In this document: piece by piece, positions 47,855 to 61,342 of the stretch
How the letters are laid out: the number at the start of each line of letters is the position of its first letter
How positions within the stretch are numbered: position 1 is the first letter of the stretch
From: Veleropilina oligotropha
Lineage: Eukaryota
DNA length: 64,000 bases
Reading direction: 5' to 3'
NCBI GenBank assembly: GCA_048128005.1
Contig: JBEUKZ010000103.1
Span: forward strand, 1-64,000
Position numbers and translations under genes: made by a program
Notes under the pieces: model-generated
The model's input: the letters and a program-made list of their open reading frames with translations, nothing else
Told to the model about the DNA's origin: nothing
The model's database searches: none

Positions 47855-48286
47855 ATGGCTTCCATTGCGATGCTGGTTGGGGGTGCTCTCGTCAACGCCC
47901 TCGCCTTCAGCGGGTCAAACTTCCTGTTCTCGAAGCTACGCAGCTCCGGTGTTGATGAGGAGCGTAAACGCCACGACAAAACCGTCGAGCAGCTCCAGGC
48001 CGCTCAGACTAAATGGTCCCAAAAGAGGGCAGAGCGTCTCGACTGGCTTAACGTCGAACTTCGCCGCCAGGGTCATGCCGTTGGCACTTTCCGGGATGTT
48101 GACGCTGCGATCCGTGACTATGCAGTGATCACCGGCAAGAACCTTGACCCCGCCCTGGGGGGTGGCCCTGAGCCCGCCCTGTCCGACTACTACACGCCGA
48201 GCGACGACCAGAAAAAGCGAGAGATCACCTTCGTCATCCTGGCGATGGCTGCGACCGGGTTGGTAGCCTACAAGCTCCTACCCTAA
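47855..48286 (+). CDS. Two-TM coiled-coil viral protein, intact
   Basis: MASIAMLVGGALVNALAF...EERKRHD...ITFVILAMAATGLVAY. Confidence 0.65.
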   Translation: MASIAMLVGGALVNALAFSGSNFLFSKLRSSGVDEERKRHDKTVEQLQAAQTKWSQKRAERLDWLNVELRRQGHAVGTFRDVDAAIRDYAVITGKNLDPALGGGPEPALSDYYTPSDDQKKREITFVILAMAATGLVAYKLLP

Positions 48287-48302
48287 GTTCCAGTGGACAT
48301 GA

Positions 48303-48593
48303 ATGGGGCTCCCAGAAGAGCTGTACTCCGCTATGCAGGAGGTGGGCCTTGCTGCCCAAAGGCACAAAATCCCCGGCCCACCCCTTGGTACTACGTCACT
48401 CGATTGCTGGCGGCGCAGCGAAAAGACTATGGTGCGGTTCGCGGTCATGGTGCTCTCGGGCCCGACCAACCTACGGGCGACGACTGGGCAGCTTCCGGAG
48501 CCGGTCGCTGAAGCCTGTTGGAGACTGATCAAGTTGCTGGAATACCTCGCAAGTCTCGATGGCAGCGAAGAGACAAAAGCCCCTGACGGCTAA
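48303..48593 (+). CDS. Viral hypothetical protein, copy 2
   Basis: Paralog of 36630..36920. Confidence 0.45.
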   Translation: MGLPEELYSAMQEVGLAAQRHKIPGPPLGTTSLDCWRRSEKTMVRFAVMVLSGPTNLRATTGQLPEPVAEACWRLIKLLEYLASLDGSEETKAPDG

Positions 48594-49025
48594 CGAACTT
48601 GACGAAACCCTCCGCAAGTACTACTACGCAGATGGGGGGTTCCAGGGCGTCTCAGCTCTGCACTCAAGGCTTCCAAAAGGCGCAGCCTCAATAAAAAGAA
48701 TCCGGGAGTGGATCTCGACACAGGAGGTTGGTCGGTACATGCAGACGAAACCCCCTAGAGAGGTATTTGCCCGTTTCACGGAGGACAGGCCCGGTGTGAT
48801 CCACCAGGCCGATCTTCTCTACCTCCCACATGACAAGGTCGGCCGTAAAACGTACAAGTATGCGTTGACCTTGGTCGACGGGGCCTCTCGCTACAAGCTA
48901 GGCTGCCAGACCACTAACCTCGAAATCGGCCGGCGAAGTAGCTAAGGCGTTTGCTGACATCTACAAGACCAACCCCCAATTAACTTGGCCAAAAACGCTG
49001 ATGGTGGATGACGGGAACGAATTCA
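48559..49025 (+). pseudogene. rve integrase, copy 2, frameshifted and truncated
   Basis: 4-bp insertion near 48898; ends at DDGNEF where LINE sequence begins. Confidence 0.88.
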
Positions 49026-51300
49026 TGATAGTAATGGCGGCACAGTAGGAAAGTGGTGGTGAGAACTCTTGTTATTTCAGATACAAACTTATATAATTAT
49101 AACGATCTACGGATAAAACGGATAACCGAAACACATACAAGCGAGAAATGAAGGATATACGACAAAGTGAGTTGGAATCTATAGGCCTTTTGCTAATATT
49201 TTAGTCTTGGGAAAGTTCGATAGTTGGCAAACAAAGACATTGTCGACGGAAAAACAAAAGCCTAAACAAGGTCGCATATATCACTGGAGAGCGAGGATAT
49301 TACTAATCGCAACCATTGCTTAAAGGAACTTTGCAATCAAATTTGAACTGTGGATTTGTAATTTCATTTATTTGTTAACTAAATTAATCTTATTAAACGA
49401 CATCAAATAATCGGTGACTATTAATTTTCTCCATTGCTGATTCAGTCGAGTGTGACCCTACTGTGTGCACAATGAGCAATACCAACAAATGCAACGAATC
49501 TGCTAAAGGTGCAACAGCGAAGACTAAAGGCAATGACAAGACTTCAACACCTTTAAAGTCTCCTGCATCCAGCCGTGAAAAGCGGGATAGATCGTCTCCA
49601 GGTCAAACGTCAGCTACAAAGCTGTCAAAGCAATCTTCAATGGGCGAAATTAAGGAAAACGAAGAGTCGATACCATTTAACCAACCGATCACGCCAGATC
49701 TAATTCAACTCATCAATACAATCGTTGAAAAAGCCACCAACCCGCTAATGCAAATGATTAACGCCCAGAGATGCATGATAGAATCGCTTTCGAGCTCCTT
49801 TGAACAATATATAATAACTGCAAAAGAAGACAAAGAAATGGTCTCAACACTAAAATCTGAAGTTGACGATCTAAAGAACATAGTTTGCGAGCAACAGAAT
49901 GCTCTCCTAAATCAGGCCAGTCGACTCAATAAGACCGAGATTTACCTCGACGAATTAGAGCAATACAGCCGTAGGAGCGCAATAAGAATTAAAAACATTC
50001 CAGTGACCAGTATATCAACACGGCAACTTCGCGGCGACAGACATGTCTTGAACACCGACTCATACGTGCTGGACTTATGTAACAACGTTTTAAAGGTGCC
50101 TCTCTCACACGACGACATCGATCGATCCCATGTAACGGGAAAGCCGGACGCCAAAGGCAGAGTGTCTATAATTTGCAAGTTTTCAAGCTACTCGGCAAAA
50201 AAACAACGTCTTCAGAGCAAAGAAATCACTCAAGCGATGCCCCGATCGAGTCTTCATTGTAGAAGACCTTACCAAGTACCGTGTTCGAATGGTGTCGAAA
50301 ATAAATGAACTTTTCAGGAACAATCAAATCAACAGCTTCTGGACCTGGGATGGTAAAATCTGGTATAAAACATCTGAAAATAGTGTACCAGTTATGGTAA
50401 AAACCCTATCTGACATATATAACACGTTCCCTGTCGATTACTGAAGTAATAATGCCCAGTATAATATTATTAAATCAAGATTAATCTTTACTCCATTATA
50501 CTAACAAGACAGTACACTAAATATAGCAGCAATTGACGCTGCTATTTCTTCACCGTTACACATCTTGGAAGCCTATCACTCAAATAATTTGGTACCCAGG
50601 TAATACCAGTAGAGTAATCATTCACACTATACATTGATTACCATATATAATAACTACCTTTAAGTATGATGTTTCATCAATATAATATACAAATACAATA
50701 CATTCAATTTTGTGTGATCCGTGCAAACACTCGATGACACTTATACAATATTATGTTTTCTTATTATTCTTTTTGCTCGACATGTTACCAAATAGTGTGG
50801 GAGACCTGAACGCTGTTCGCGCTTTGTTAGCTACTTCAATACTTTACTTGTGTTCATAAATTCCAATATAACAAGGCTTTTTATTAAAAAACAACACGGC
50901 TCTCACCACGCCCTCATATAAACAATTGGCTTAAAGATTTTATCAAATTCTAACCAAAATATCATCTTGAAATGCAATTGTCTGTATTTTTAAGATTATG
51001 TGTGTTATTCATGTATACTATGTTTTTATGTATGTCTCTCATGTATCTACAATCAAACGCTGACTCTGGATTTTGCTGGCTACTAATATTATACATTGTC
51101 TTGAACAATTATGGCATACAAACATAAAATAGATGAGATAAACGAGGACCCCACAAATAATTTAAATTACATACTGGATGGTGAAACATGTGACTATTAT
51201 GATCCGAACGAATTACATAAAATTGAATTTCCTGAAGCAACATTTAATATTTTACATCTTAATATTCACAGTTTGCCCAACAAAAGAGATGATCTAGGAG
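49026..51300 (+). mobile_element. CR1/L2-group LINE 5' part (5'UTR, frameshifted ORF1 ~49472-50443, start of ORF2)
   Basis: ORF1 motifs LEQYSRR, DIDRSH, IICKF, EDLT, WT.DGKI; endonuclease start HLNIHSL. Confidence 0.85.
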
Positions 51301-54300
51301 AGTGAAAAACATGGCGGACACCTAAGCTGTGGTGATTTGGGGCTCCGGGATTAACACGAATTTAACTATGCCGGATGAAGATATGTGGCCAGAACTGTAT
51401 ACAAATGCGCTGTGTTATGGACTAGATCAACCAGAGAATTGCTTTCTGGAGACAAAAGGAAAATAACTGCGTACGTTACGAAAATATAAATACTCCTAAT
51501 TTGAAATCTTCAAATACGCTGTTTTTAAGTTGAACAGTCACTGAACTTTTAATTAATCCGAAACGTATAATTCCAATCAAGAGTAAGCTTCCTATTGGCA
51601 TATGCCTGTGGTGCGTGCGAATTATTTATTAGTTTGCATTTACATCGACTGTCGAAATTACTAAAAGCATATGTTTACGTTTTCCACCATTGTGTACGGT
51701 TATATCGGGTAACAATTTGTGCACTAAGCCTAAGTCAAGCCTGAATAAACATTTCAACATGAGCCAACGAGCACCAACAAAAGAAGACAAACATAAAACA
51801 ATAGCAACTGCTAACAAGCAGATTACCTCACCGTCTCATGATACAAACACAAAGAGTAAACGAAATAGATCATCACCAGGGACAATACCTTCACCCAAGG
51901 CTAAAAAGACAGAAATTATCACCGTTGAAAAAATTGAAAAGGAACAATACGCCGAAAACAGCGCACGTAATCAAATAAACGTAACACCAGACCTTTCAGC
52001 ACTAATTAACACGATTGTAGCAAAGGCAACCGAGCCACTAATGTCAATGATACAAAAACAAAAGGAAATTATCGATAAATTGTCCGATAGGCTAGAATAA
52101 TTTCTGAGTGCAGAAACTAATAAAAACACCGAAATCGAATGCCCGCTTTAGCGAACAACGAATTATTATTAAAGGGCAGCAAAATACCATCATGCAACAG
52201 GCTAGTAGGCTGAATAAAGCTGAAATCTATCTTGACGACTTGGAGCAATATAGTCGACGGGAAGCACTAAGATTTAAAAACATACCACTTGATGGTATTC
52301 CAAAGCGACACTTGAGAGGAGATCATCCCGTTCTTGACACTGACAGTTACGTGAAAGACCTCTGCTGCAACGCGCTTAAAATTCCAATATCAACCAACGA
52401 TATACATCGATCGCATCTAGTCGGCAAGCCGGATGATAAAGGCAGAGTTACCATAATTTGCAGATTTGATTCATATAAACTGAAAAGCGCAATTTATCAC
52501 GCAAAAAAATCCCTGAAGCATCATCCAGCTCGCATCTTCATAGTTGAAGACCTTACCAAATACAGGGCTAGGATGGTAAGTAAGCTAAACTGGCTGTACA
52601 GGAACAAGCATATTACTAATTTCTGGACAACCGATGGCAGGATATACTACAAACAAACAAGCAACGGGAACCCAATATTAGCAAAGGATATGGAAGATAT
52701 TACTAATGCATTTCCAATTGACTATTAATAAGACCTCTCTATAGACACTAATTCAAGCATAATTCTGTCATGGTCTGTCATATTTATATAATTGACACTA
52801 CATGCTTAACTTACAGTCATATATTCATTGGAGGAAATCGATCATAAACTATCCATCTGTCCGAAACTGTAATCCTTTCTTAACTTTATATTTGAATGTG
52901 TTAATAACACTGTCATTCTTATAAATTATTCGTAAATTATACCTTTATTAATGAAAATAAACATTTATAGAAGATTGCGCGGATATAGCTCGTTTAGAGT
53001 TATTGGTCAAGCATTGAAGAGAGGATAGTCCCATATTAAATGTGCGTGTAGAATATCGCATATTAAATCATTAATATTTTATAGTATGTAATTATATAAT
53101 TAAATATGTAATGATTTCATAAATGATTTGATCTCGCACATATCAATTCTTATTTTATGGCTTGGTATCATCCATAAACACATCCATTTTTTTATATTAA
53201 ATTAAGATATAATACTATAGTAATGTGTACCTTATATGATCTACATATGTGCGCCATCCAAGGGTACGTATTATGTCTGATAATTTCTGTTAAACATTGT
53301 AATTATTTGTTATTTGTTAAGCTTTATAATCAAATTTAATATATATGCGTAATAATATTATCATAAAAGGCATCGATAGCATTTCCTTTTTGTTTTATAG
53401 AATTGTGTATTGATTAAGTACTATTTACAGTATTAATTATATTATCTAGTATATATTAATTGTTATTTAAAAATGCCTTATGTAATTAATATATATAGGG
53501 ATTGGACTGCGGTTTGGTTGCGTTTATGCTGGTGCGTGCGCGGGCAGCAATTGCATCTTCTGTGGAGCGCGTTAGCGCTCCATATAGAGTATGTGATTGC
53601 TGCTTGCGTTCGTGCCGGCGTGAGCGCAGACGAACTGCAGTTAAATCCTTATATTTACATTAGTTTTTAAGCACAATCCCCGTAAAAATAAACATAATAT
53701 TTAGTTTGTTATGATGTAGTTACTATTGTATATCATCAGGTAACATCCAATTAACGGAACAGCCTTTCCATTGAGTCAAAATATAGTTCACGTAAGGATT
53801 TCATTCTGTGGTAAAAATAATGAACAATATTGTTAAATTCAATTCATAAATTTATTTTGATATTAAATATATAATGTACATTTTACATTAGAGGCAAAAC
53901 TTTTTATGTATAACAATTTTATTATAACAAGAAACATAGTGCGATATTACTACGCCTTGCCTATTTTCTCTATTGAGTCATAGTAGTATGAACGCAATCA
54001 AACTGTAGTGGGCTAAATAGTAGACGATGTAAATATATATACACTCATATATGATATAATGCAATATTTCATGTAAATTAATAATGCACGGTGTATGGTT
54101 AACATAGGCCTGCCATTTCATATTATCTTTTTATATACTTCGTCTATAGAATGTAATTGTAATGATAATTAGTATTATGTATTATTAATTATACTTTTGG
54201 ATAATATGGTTATACCCAATTATAATATGCTTCATATGTGTTATTTGCTTATTCGTGTTAGAAAATGAAATATGAAACACAGTATACTTAAAGATGCATT

Positions 54301-54324
54301 GTATATGAAACTATATGTAATTAT

Positions 54325-54329
<5 letters not shown>

Positions 54330-54400
<71 letters not shown>
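54330..54400. repeat. (TA)n microsatellite
   Basis: Direct. Confidence 0.98.
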
Positions 54401-54404
<4 letters not shown>

Positions 54405-54669
54405 TTATTTATTAGCTAATATATGTTCTGCAGTCAATGAAATACTTTATTTATATTACGGGCAGCTCAATTGACATGTGATAACGAATATACAGAGAGC
54501 CCCCTATCACACATACACACCAATTCACATTCAATGGATAGAGCAATGTTGTTACTTTTAAACCTAATGGACGAGACAATGTCCAGCATAACACTACAAC
54601 AATACATGCACAAAACACACGCTGCTAGTATATTCTTGATAATTAATTTTATTTATTTTAACTTACTTA

Positions 54670-56650
54670 ATGTTAGAAAAAAATTCTCTATTTACAAATA
54701 CAATTAACGATGTAAACCTTGACCCCACCAAATATTTAAATAACTTGTTAAACAATGATTTAGAAATAAACAACAGCTGTAACTATATTGAACCAGACGA
54801 TATTCATAAATTAGAATTTGAAAACTCGACATACAATGTCCTGCATTTGAACATCCACAGTATACCCAGCAAAATAAATGACTTGAAACACTTGCTTGTA
54901 ACTAGTCACCAACGCGGGTATACTATTGATATTATTCTCCTTTGTGAAACTTTTATTAATGAATTTAACATTGGACAATGCCATATAGAAGGTTATAATC
55001 TAGAAGAAATGCATAGGTCTAATAAAACGAGAGGCGGTGTTGCTGTGTACATAAATACAAATATTAAATATACCGCAAGGCCAGACATTAGTATATTTAA
55101 AGAAGGAGTCTTTGAGACGTGTTTCGTAGAGATACAAAATAAAAAAAATAAAAAAAATATCATCATAGGTGAAATGTACAGAGTGCCTGGCACCGACGAA
55201 GGAACGTTCCTTCAAGAATATAGAAATATATTAGAAATAGTTAATAAGGAAAAGAAGGAATTAATACTAGGAAGTGACCAGAATCTGGATTTCCTAAAAC
55301 TTAATAAGCATAACAATACTAAACTTTTTCTTGATATAACATTGACACACGGAATGCTACCGTTAATAACTCGTCCTACGCGAATTACACACCAAAGTGC
55401 TACCCTTATAGATAACATATATATTAGCTCCACTTTGGCAAAATCTTATACATCGGCTATTCTTACAACACATATATCAGATCATCTACCTTGCTTGGCA
55501 CTAATATGTTGTCATTTAAAACGAATTAAAAAAACGAAAATTATTATTACAAGAAAAATAACTGATTCAAAAATAAAAATAATGAACGATATCATTAATA
55601 GCCATGACTGGAACTTAATTGAGCATTATGACACAGACCATGGCTTCAAGACATATTATGATGTATTAAAATCTACAGTAGATCAAGTGGCACCAGAAAG
55701 GGAAATAAAAATATCACCAAAACACTATATAAACAACGAATACATGACACCAGGATTGTTAAAGAGCTCTATAAATTGTAACAAATTATTTAAAAAGTCT
55801 ATAGGAAAAGGTAAAACCAGTGTTGATTACATAAAATATGTAAAATATAGAAATATATACAATAAACTAAAGCAGATATCAAAGCACAGGTCTTTCAATG
55901 ATCGCATTAATACTTTCAGAAATGATTCAAAAAAATTATGGAACATCATAAATTCGATAATGGGAAAGCAAAGAAACAAATTGGGATTACCGACTTATAT
56001 TGATCCCGAAGGTGTAAAAATATACAACCCATTAAACATTTGTAATAAATTTTGCGAATATTTTTCCGAAGTAGGTGCAAATTTAGCAAACAAAATTCCA
56101 AGAACAACCACACACTTCTCTAGCTATTTAAATAATAGACAGCAAAATACGTTTTTCCTTTCGCCTACTGATCTGCTGGAAGTTACGAAAACAATTTTAG
56201 ACTTAAAAAATAAAAGCAGCTCCGGTTACGACAACATCAGTAATATAATATTGAAGAAACTAGTTATTCTGTAAATAAACCATTGCTCATTATATTCAAC
56301 AAATCATTAGAAACAGGAGTAATTCCCCAGCTAATGAAGTATGCTGAAATTACTCCAATTCACAAAGGCAAAGATAAACATCTAATTACTAACTACAGAC
56401 CGATATCACTTTTACCAGCTGTTTCAAAAATATTGGAAAGAATTGTATATAAACGCCTTTATAATTTTCTTAACCTTAATGATATTTTATATCAAAGTCA
56501 GTATGGATTTCGACAAAGTCACAGCACAATAGATGCAGTTATTCAATTTATAGGTGACGTTTCCAAGGGTATAAAAGACAAGAAAGACACACTTGCAATA
56601 TTTCTAGATTTATCAAAGGCGTTTGATACAATTGACCATACAATATTACG
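54670..56650 (+). pseudogene. LINE ORF2 (APE endonuclease plus RT N-terminal half), frameshifted
   Basis: HLNIHS, LCET, GGVAVY, YR.P, PTR..TLIDNI, SDH, NYRPISLLP, QYGFR. Confidence 0.9.
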
Positions 56651-56918
56651 TTGTATCTAGTCCCCTTGTTTCCAAAATAAACAACTGAACCAGACTGTTG
56701 AGATCATAGTTCTTAGGAAATGATGCCGGACCACCATTTTCAGAACTTAATTCGGCCTGGAATATAGGACACTTTATTATGCTTTTGCTAGAACTTTTAT
56801 TCTGCACATCTAACAAACATTTCAAACAATAAGTGTGTCCACAGGGCAAGAAGCGAGGATTGTGATATAATTCCAGGCAGCCGGCACAAGACAGGTTGTT
56901 CTCGTAAGAGGTCGCCAT
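56651..56918 (-). pseudogene. Host TRIM-like RING-finger exon, truncated
   Basis: C..CLE.Y..PR.LPCGHTYC..CL..CP.F..KNY.L; splice acceptor ctttcag just upstream; last RING Cys replaced by Phe. Confidence 0.75.
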
Positions 56919-57787
56919 GGTTGTTTTCCGTCTGAAAGTAAATCGTAATAATTATTCATTGTGTGAGACTATCTGTGCATGTCCATCAGTTAAAATATTA
57001 TTGACATAACCGCCTATAGCGCTGTGGTCGGACTGTTAACGTTTCCAATTCAAACACATAAATACAGTTACTGAGTAATCCTTCATTCACTTGAATCTCA
57101 CTTTCTCAATACTATTTATTATAAGCGGTTTCCAACCAACCAACTTCTCACTACACTTAATTATTCTATCGCAGGGTGTATTTAATTATGGCCTGCTGTT
57201 ACAATCACAAATGTGAAATTGAAATTTATCCAGGACTTTGCAAAAAATATGTGACTACTGTAAATTTAATGGATCTAAATATGTATTATATTCGATAATA
57301 GACATGTTAGCAACGAAGAACAACAGATCTGTCAATATTGCGCTATCTGCGACCTAGTTTGACCAGCGAGTCCGTGCATATAGATGGCTATTTCCTAATC
57401 AAAAGCGATCGAAATACATGTAGACATTGCGGTGGAATAGGCATATACAGACCTTATTTTTGTACATTCAAATGTTGGTTGGTTCATGGTTGGAAACTTT
57501 GTTTGGTTACGACTTCTTTTGCTAATTTTGCAGCCGCATCACAGTTGGGACACCCGGTTTAAGGTCTCACTTTGATTACTCCTATAACATACTAGTCCGG
57601 GTTGACGTGCCTTACATACACTGTTGTACAAGGAGTAGCAAGCTCTAATCATTAAATGTTGTTGGAGTCCACTCTAATCTGAAGAACGTATAGGGCATAA
57701 TCACTGTATTATTTTAAGCGGTAGAATCAGCCGCCGGTGGACCCCAACCCAGATCAACTAACAGTGTTAGTAACAGTTTTGGTGGTG

Positions 57788-57943
57788 GTCTGATGAACCA
57801 ACCACTCACCCACCAAGGTTCGGTGGAGGTCTGATGAGCCAACCACTCACCCACCAAGGTTCGGTGGAGGTCCGATGAGCCAACCACTCACCCACCAAGG
57901 TTCGGTGGAGGTCTGATGAGCCAACCACTCACCCACCAAGGTT
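57788..57943. repeat. 41-bp tandem repeat, about 4 copies
   Basis: ggtctgatgagccaaccactcacccaccaaggttcggtgga. Confidence 0.9.
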
Positions 57944-58020
57944 CCTATTCTATTACTTAAAACTGCAATCCCGATCTCCCGTCTCTGGCGTAACGCAGGC
58001 AAAGCTATGGAATATAAAAG

Positions 58021-58776
58021 TAGGGACACCTTTACCTGGCAACGTTCACCTGTGAAATGATTTCAGTGAGGTGTTTTACCATAACGAGGGTATTACAGTC
58101 TCGCACATTCTTCTAGAATAAAATAAATCTTAGGAACATCGCGGAAGTAGAATTTCTCGTACAGCCAAGTCTACAAAACGATGTAAAACCTATTTTACGG
58201 CAGTGGACATTTAATATCTCTTCCGATCGCACAAGATTTTGAGCGGGTGAATTTATTTTGTAAGGTTATTGTACTACTTGATATTTATTATCGTGAGGTC
58301 CCAGTATATTATATTGTATACTTTGATTTTGTATAAAAGATATATTTTTTGACCAATTTTTTAGAAGGTCAAATATTTTAATACTAATTATAGATCGTTT
58401 TGAATTGGTTTTTTCGCCGTCAAAGGATCCATCTCATTCATTTGGTTATAATTTAGTGCGAAAATTTTCGTAATTTACGCCACTTATTGTGTTGTATAGC
58501 ATTATTTTCCGCAACCCGAATTTTTTAACAATCCAACTTTTTCATATAACCCTGACAGGAAGTCCTCAAACTTGCACTTCCGTTAGCAGTCATAAACTCA
58601 GCGAACATAGTCGACAAGTGTGTGGTAAGAAATGAGTTCTAACTGTATTTTAGCGTATGGGTGAGTGATTAATTATAGTAATATATCTTCCATATGGTGA
58701 CTGTTTTCATCACGACACATCACCATCGTGTTGATTGTGGATTTAGTACGATTTTTATGTGCCATGGGTGTCCCTA
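58021..58776. mobile_element. Non-autonomous TIR transposon with 7-bp TSD, copy A
   Basis: TIR TAGGGACACC/GGTGTCCCTA; TSD ATAAAAG. Confidence 0.85.
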
Positions 58777-61086
58777 ATAAAAGCGGTCTAACATGGTGCG
58801 ATTTACCTGCATTACCATGTGAGATGACCTGCAATAAGATTTCCTTCGATGCTGTCTTGTCATAGCGTATATTTACTCTTGAACGGTATACGGAACATCG
58901 TAGATGATAGAAAAAATCGCAGTGTGAGAGGTGTAGCATCGTGCGATTATCTCGATACGAGACCATATAAGATACGACAGGACCATCTTGTTGGGAACTT
59001 CTTATTGTATCATCGTACGGAAAATCGCACCGTGCGAGACAAGCCTTAAAATTTAAGTTTTAAATAGCTACGACTAGTCTGCTAGTAGTACTAGTAGTAC
59101 GCATAATTAGGTGGACGTCAGGGAAGTGTCGCGATTTTGTGCGACACGTTGTATAATTGTATGGCATTGTGGGCCTTCCATAGGTTGATTGCGAGTGGCA
59201 TATGTAGAAATTGACATTTCGGGATAACTGCTTAGTGATGTTCATTTCCCTGTGCGATTTCCGTCTAAGCGTGCAGTGTCTACTCTATTATTCAAATAAA
59301 ATTGATTGGCTCTCCACTTGTAGCTATTTAAAGGAACGCAATAATTGCTCGACGCTCTCAGTCTTGTGTCGTGTTCTATTCGTGTTGAAATGCCTGTGAT
59401 GTAAGTTTTCGTGAGTGTAAGTGATGTAACATCTTGTGTTGTCCATTTTGTCTTAACCTCGGTAATTTTATTATGTAGAGAGCTACTTCCTATCCTTGTT
59501 GACAACTATAATTCATAAAAGCGACCCTTAATTATCACTAAGTCTCTAGTTTTCCGTAATGATGTTCCCTTCCTATCTGGTAAATGATCTTAATTATGGT
59601 ATTTACGTCTGCTAATTATAATTATTTATATTCTATGCTCTATTTTAGTAATAGGTTATTGAGAATTATGTTTGTAACTTACGCGACTTTGGATCATACA
59701 GTCGACCTTGCGGTGACGAATTGCGAACCTTCCTTACGTATGCGGTCAAGACCGAAGACAATTGTACGCGCGGTGAAGATTGTATTGTATCCGCCTTGGT
59801 CAAATAGCATGTTTAGCTTCAACTTATTATTCGTAGATTATTATGTATGACACTGCTATAAGTTAAATTGTTAACTGATGCCAATGTTAACACTTTGTGA
59901 TTTTTTACATTCTTTTAGCGAGGTAACTTTAATTACTGGTTAATGGTAACATGACTATTTTTACTCGCGATACAATAAACTTAATATAACGGTTAAACGT
60001 AATATAATTATTGAGTGCTAATTATGCATTTTCGTTCGTTCATTACGCGGGGATGTATTTCTTTCTATTCTAAGACTCTAATTTTTATGATGTGAATCTT
60101 GTGTCTTGGTGCGTAAAGTTATGTACGCTATACCTCTGCGAGTTGTCGATCCGAATTGAGTGCTAAAATACGCCTCTATCACATATATCGACTTCTACTC
60201 TGGTGGTGAGGGTTGTTAAATGACGAAGATCGTTAGAAGAACGATCGATATTGCGATGACAACGTCGTGTTCGTGTTTGTTTATGTCGACAGACATTTTC
60301 GGCCTCGGATGCGTGTTATCGGGTTTTATAATATAACTCGATCAAGATTCACATATATGCAGCTTTGCTAGTTGACATGGTTCAACTTTAATTATTACTA
60401 GTCCCCGTATTTTGTATTTAAATACTTTTTCAAAGTTTAATCGCTATTCGATTTCCGGTCACAAAGTGTTGCACTCAAACCTTGTTATCGTTCTGTTTAT
60501 ACCAAATTATTCCTGCTGTAATGTTGCAATTCAATCATTAACTAAAGCTTATTATGTCAAATTGTTACATCACTATAAATTATACATACCATCAAGTGAA
60601 ATTATATAAAATTGTGATATTGTCAACGCTTGTTGCATAATGAAAAAGAAAGGGTTAATAAACGAATATATTAGTTTCTGGATATCTGTTGTTGATTGGA
60701 ATATATAATGGTTTGAGCGAAGCAAAGTTTACGTCGGGAAAAGACGTTGTGTTTATCTGAAAATTGAGAGTATTGTCCGTCACAACACACATTTTCATAC
60801 GCGATATATTTTCGTAAGGAATCCATGTGGCGTCGTTTTCATGTTTAATCTGGACTAAGTGTGTCTATGTACTCTGGTGGTGGCAGTTTAATAACTAAAT
60901 ATTCTATGATACATTAATTGGCTCCTCTTTACAGTTTATTGGTAAACGTTACTATCGCTACTCTATGAGACGAATTATGGGTGGAACCAGTTAGCCTTGT
61001 TGTTGTAGTCAGCCTTGCAGTGGTTTAACGTGACCGACAGTTGGGGCACGCTACCTTACATGTGTCGAATTGTCTGTTACGGGAGA

Positions 61087-61134
<48 letters not shown>

Positions 61135-61342
61135 TATACTGCGTCTGAAACAAGAACGACGCGTTCGAAATATGTCTTGACCTTTCTTTATTTCCCTCAA
61201 ATTTTCATAACAGTTAATACAATGGCTAAGTGCAAGTACTTCATGGCTTAATTTACTACCCCGTCGATTGTGACGTCACCAAATGACGATTAATCTAAGG
61301 CGACGTCGTAATGACGTCATTGCCATTTGCTTGCAATATTAG

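Larger units (their letters stand above)
39868..49025. mobile_element. Endogenous Polinton-like virus, copy 2 (segmental duplicate)
   Basis: Same gene order and same Academ junction as copy 1; lacks the Ginger insertion. Confidence 0.9.
51301..56650 (+). mobile_element. Second related CR1/L2-group LINE, 3'-truncated
   Basis: ORF1 ~51759-52728 with a break; long AT-rich spacer; ORF2 with APE endonuclease and RT up to DLSKAFDTIDH. Confidence 0.88.

Noticed and set aside
20943..49025. Bacterial prophage or contamination
   Set aside because: Eukaryotic rve integrase, Kozak-like starts and nested animal TEs with TSDs show germline integration in an animal genome.
57788..57943. Hammerhead ribozyme array (CTGATGA present)
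   Set aside because: No matching GAAA core or stems; the minus strand looks like an amplified tRNA A-box region.
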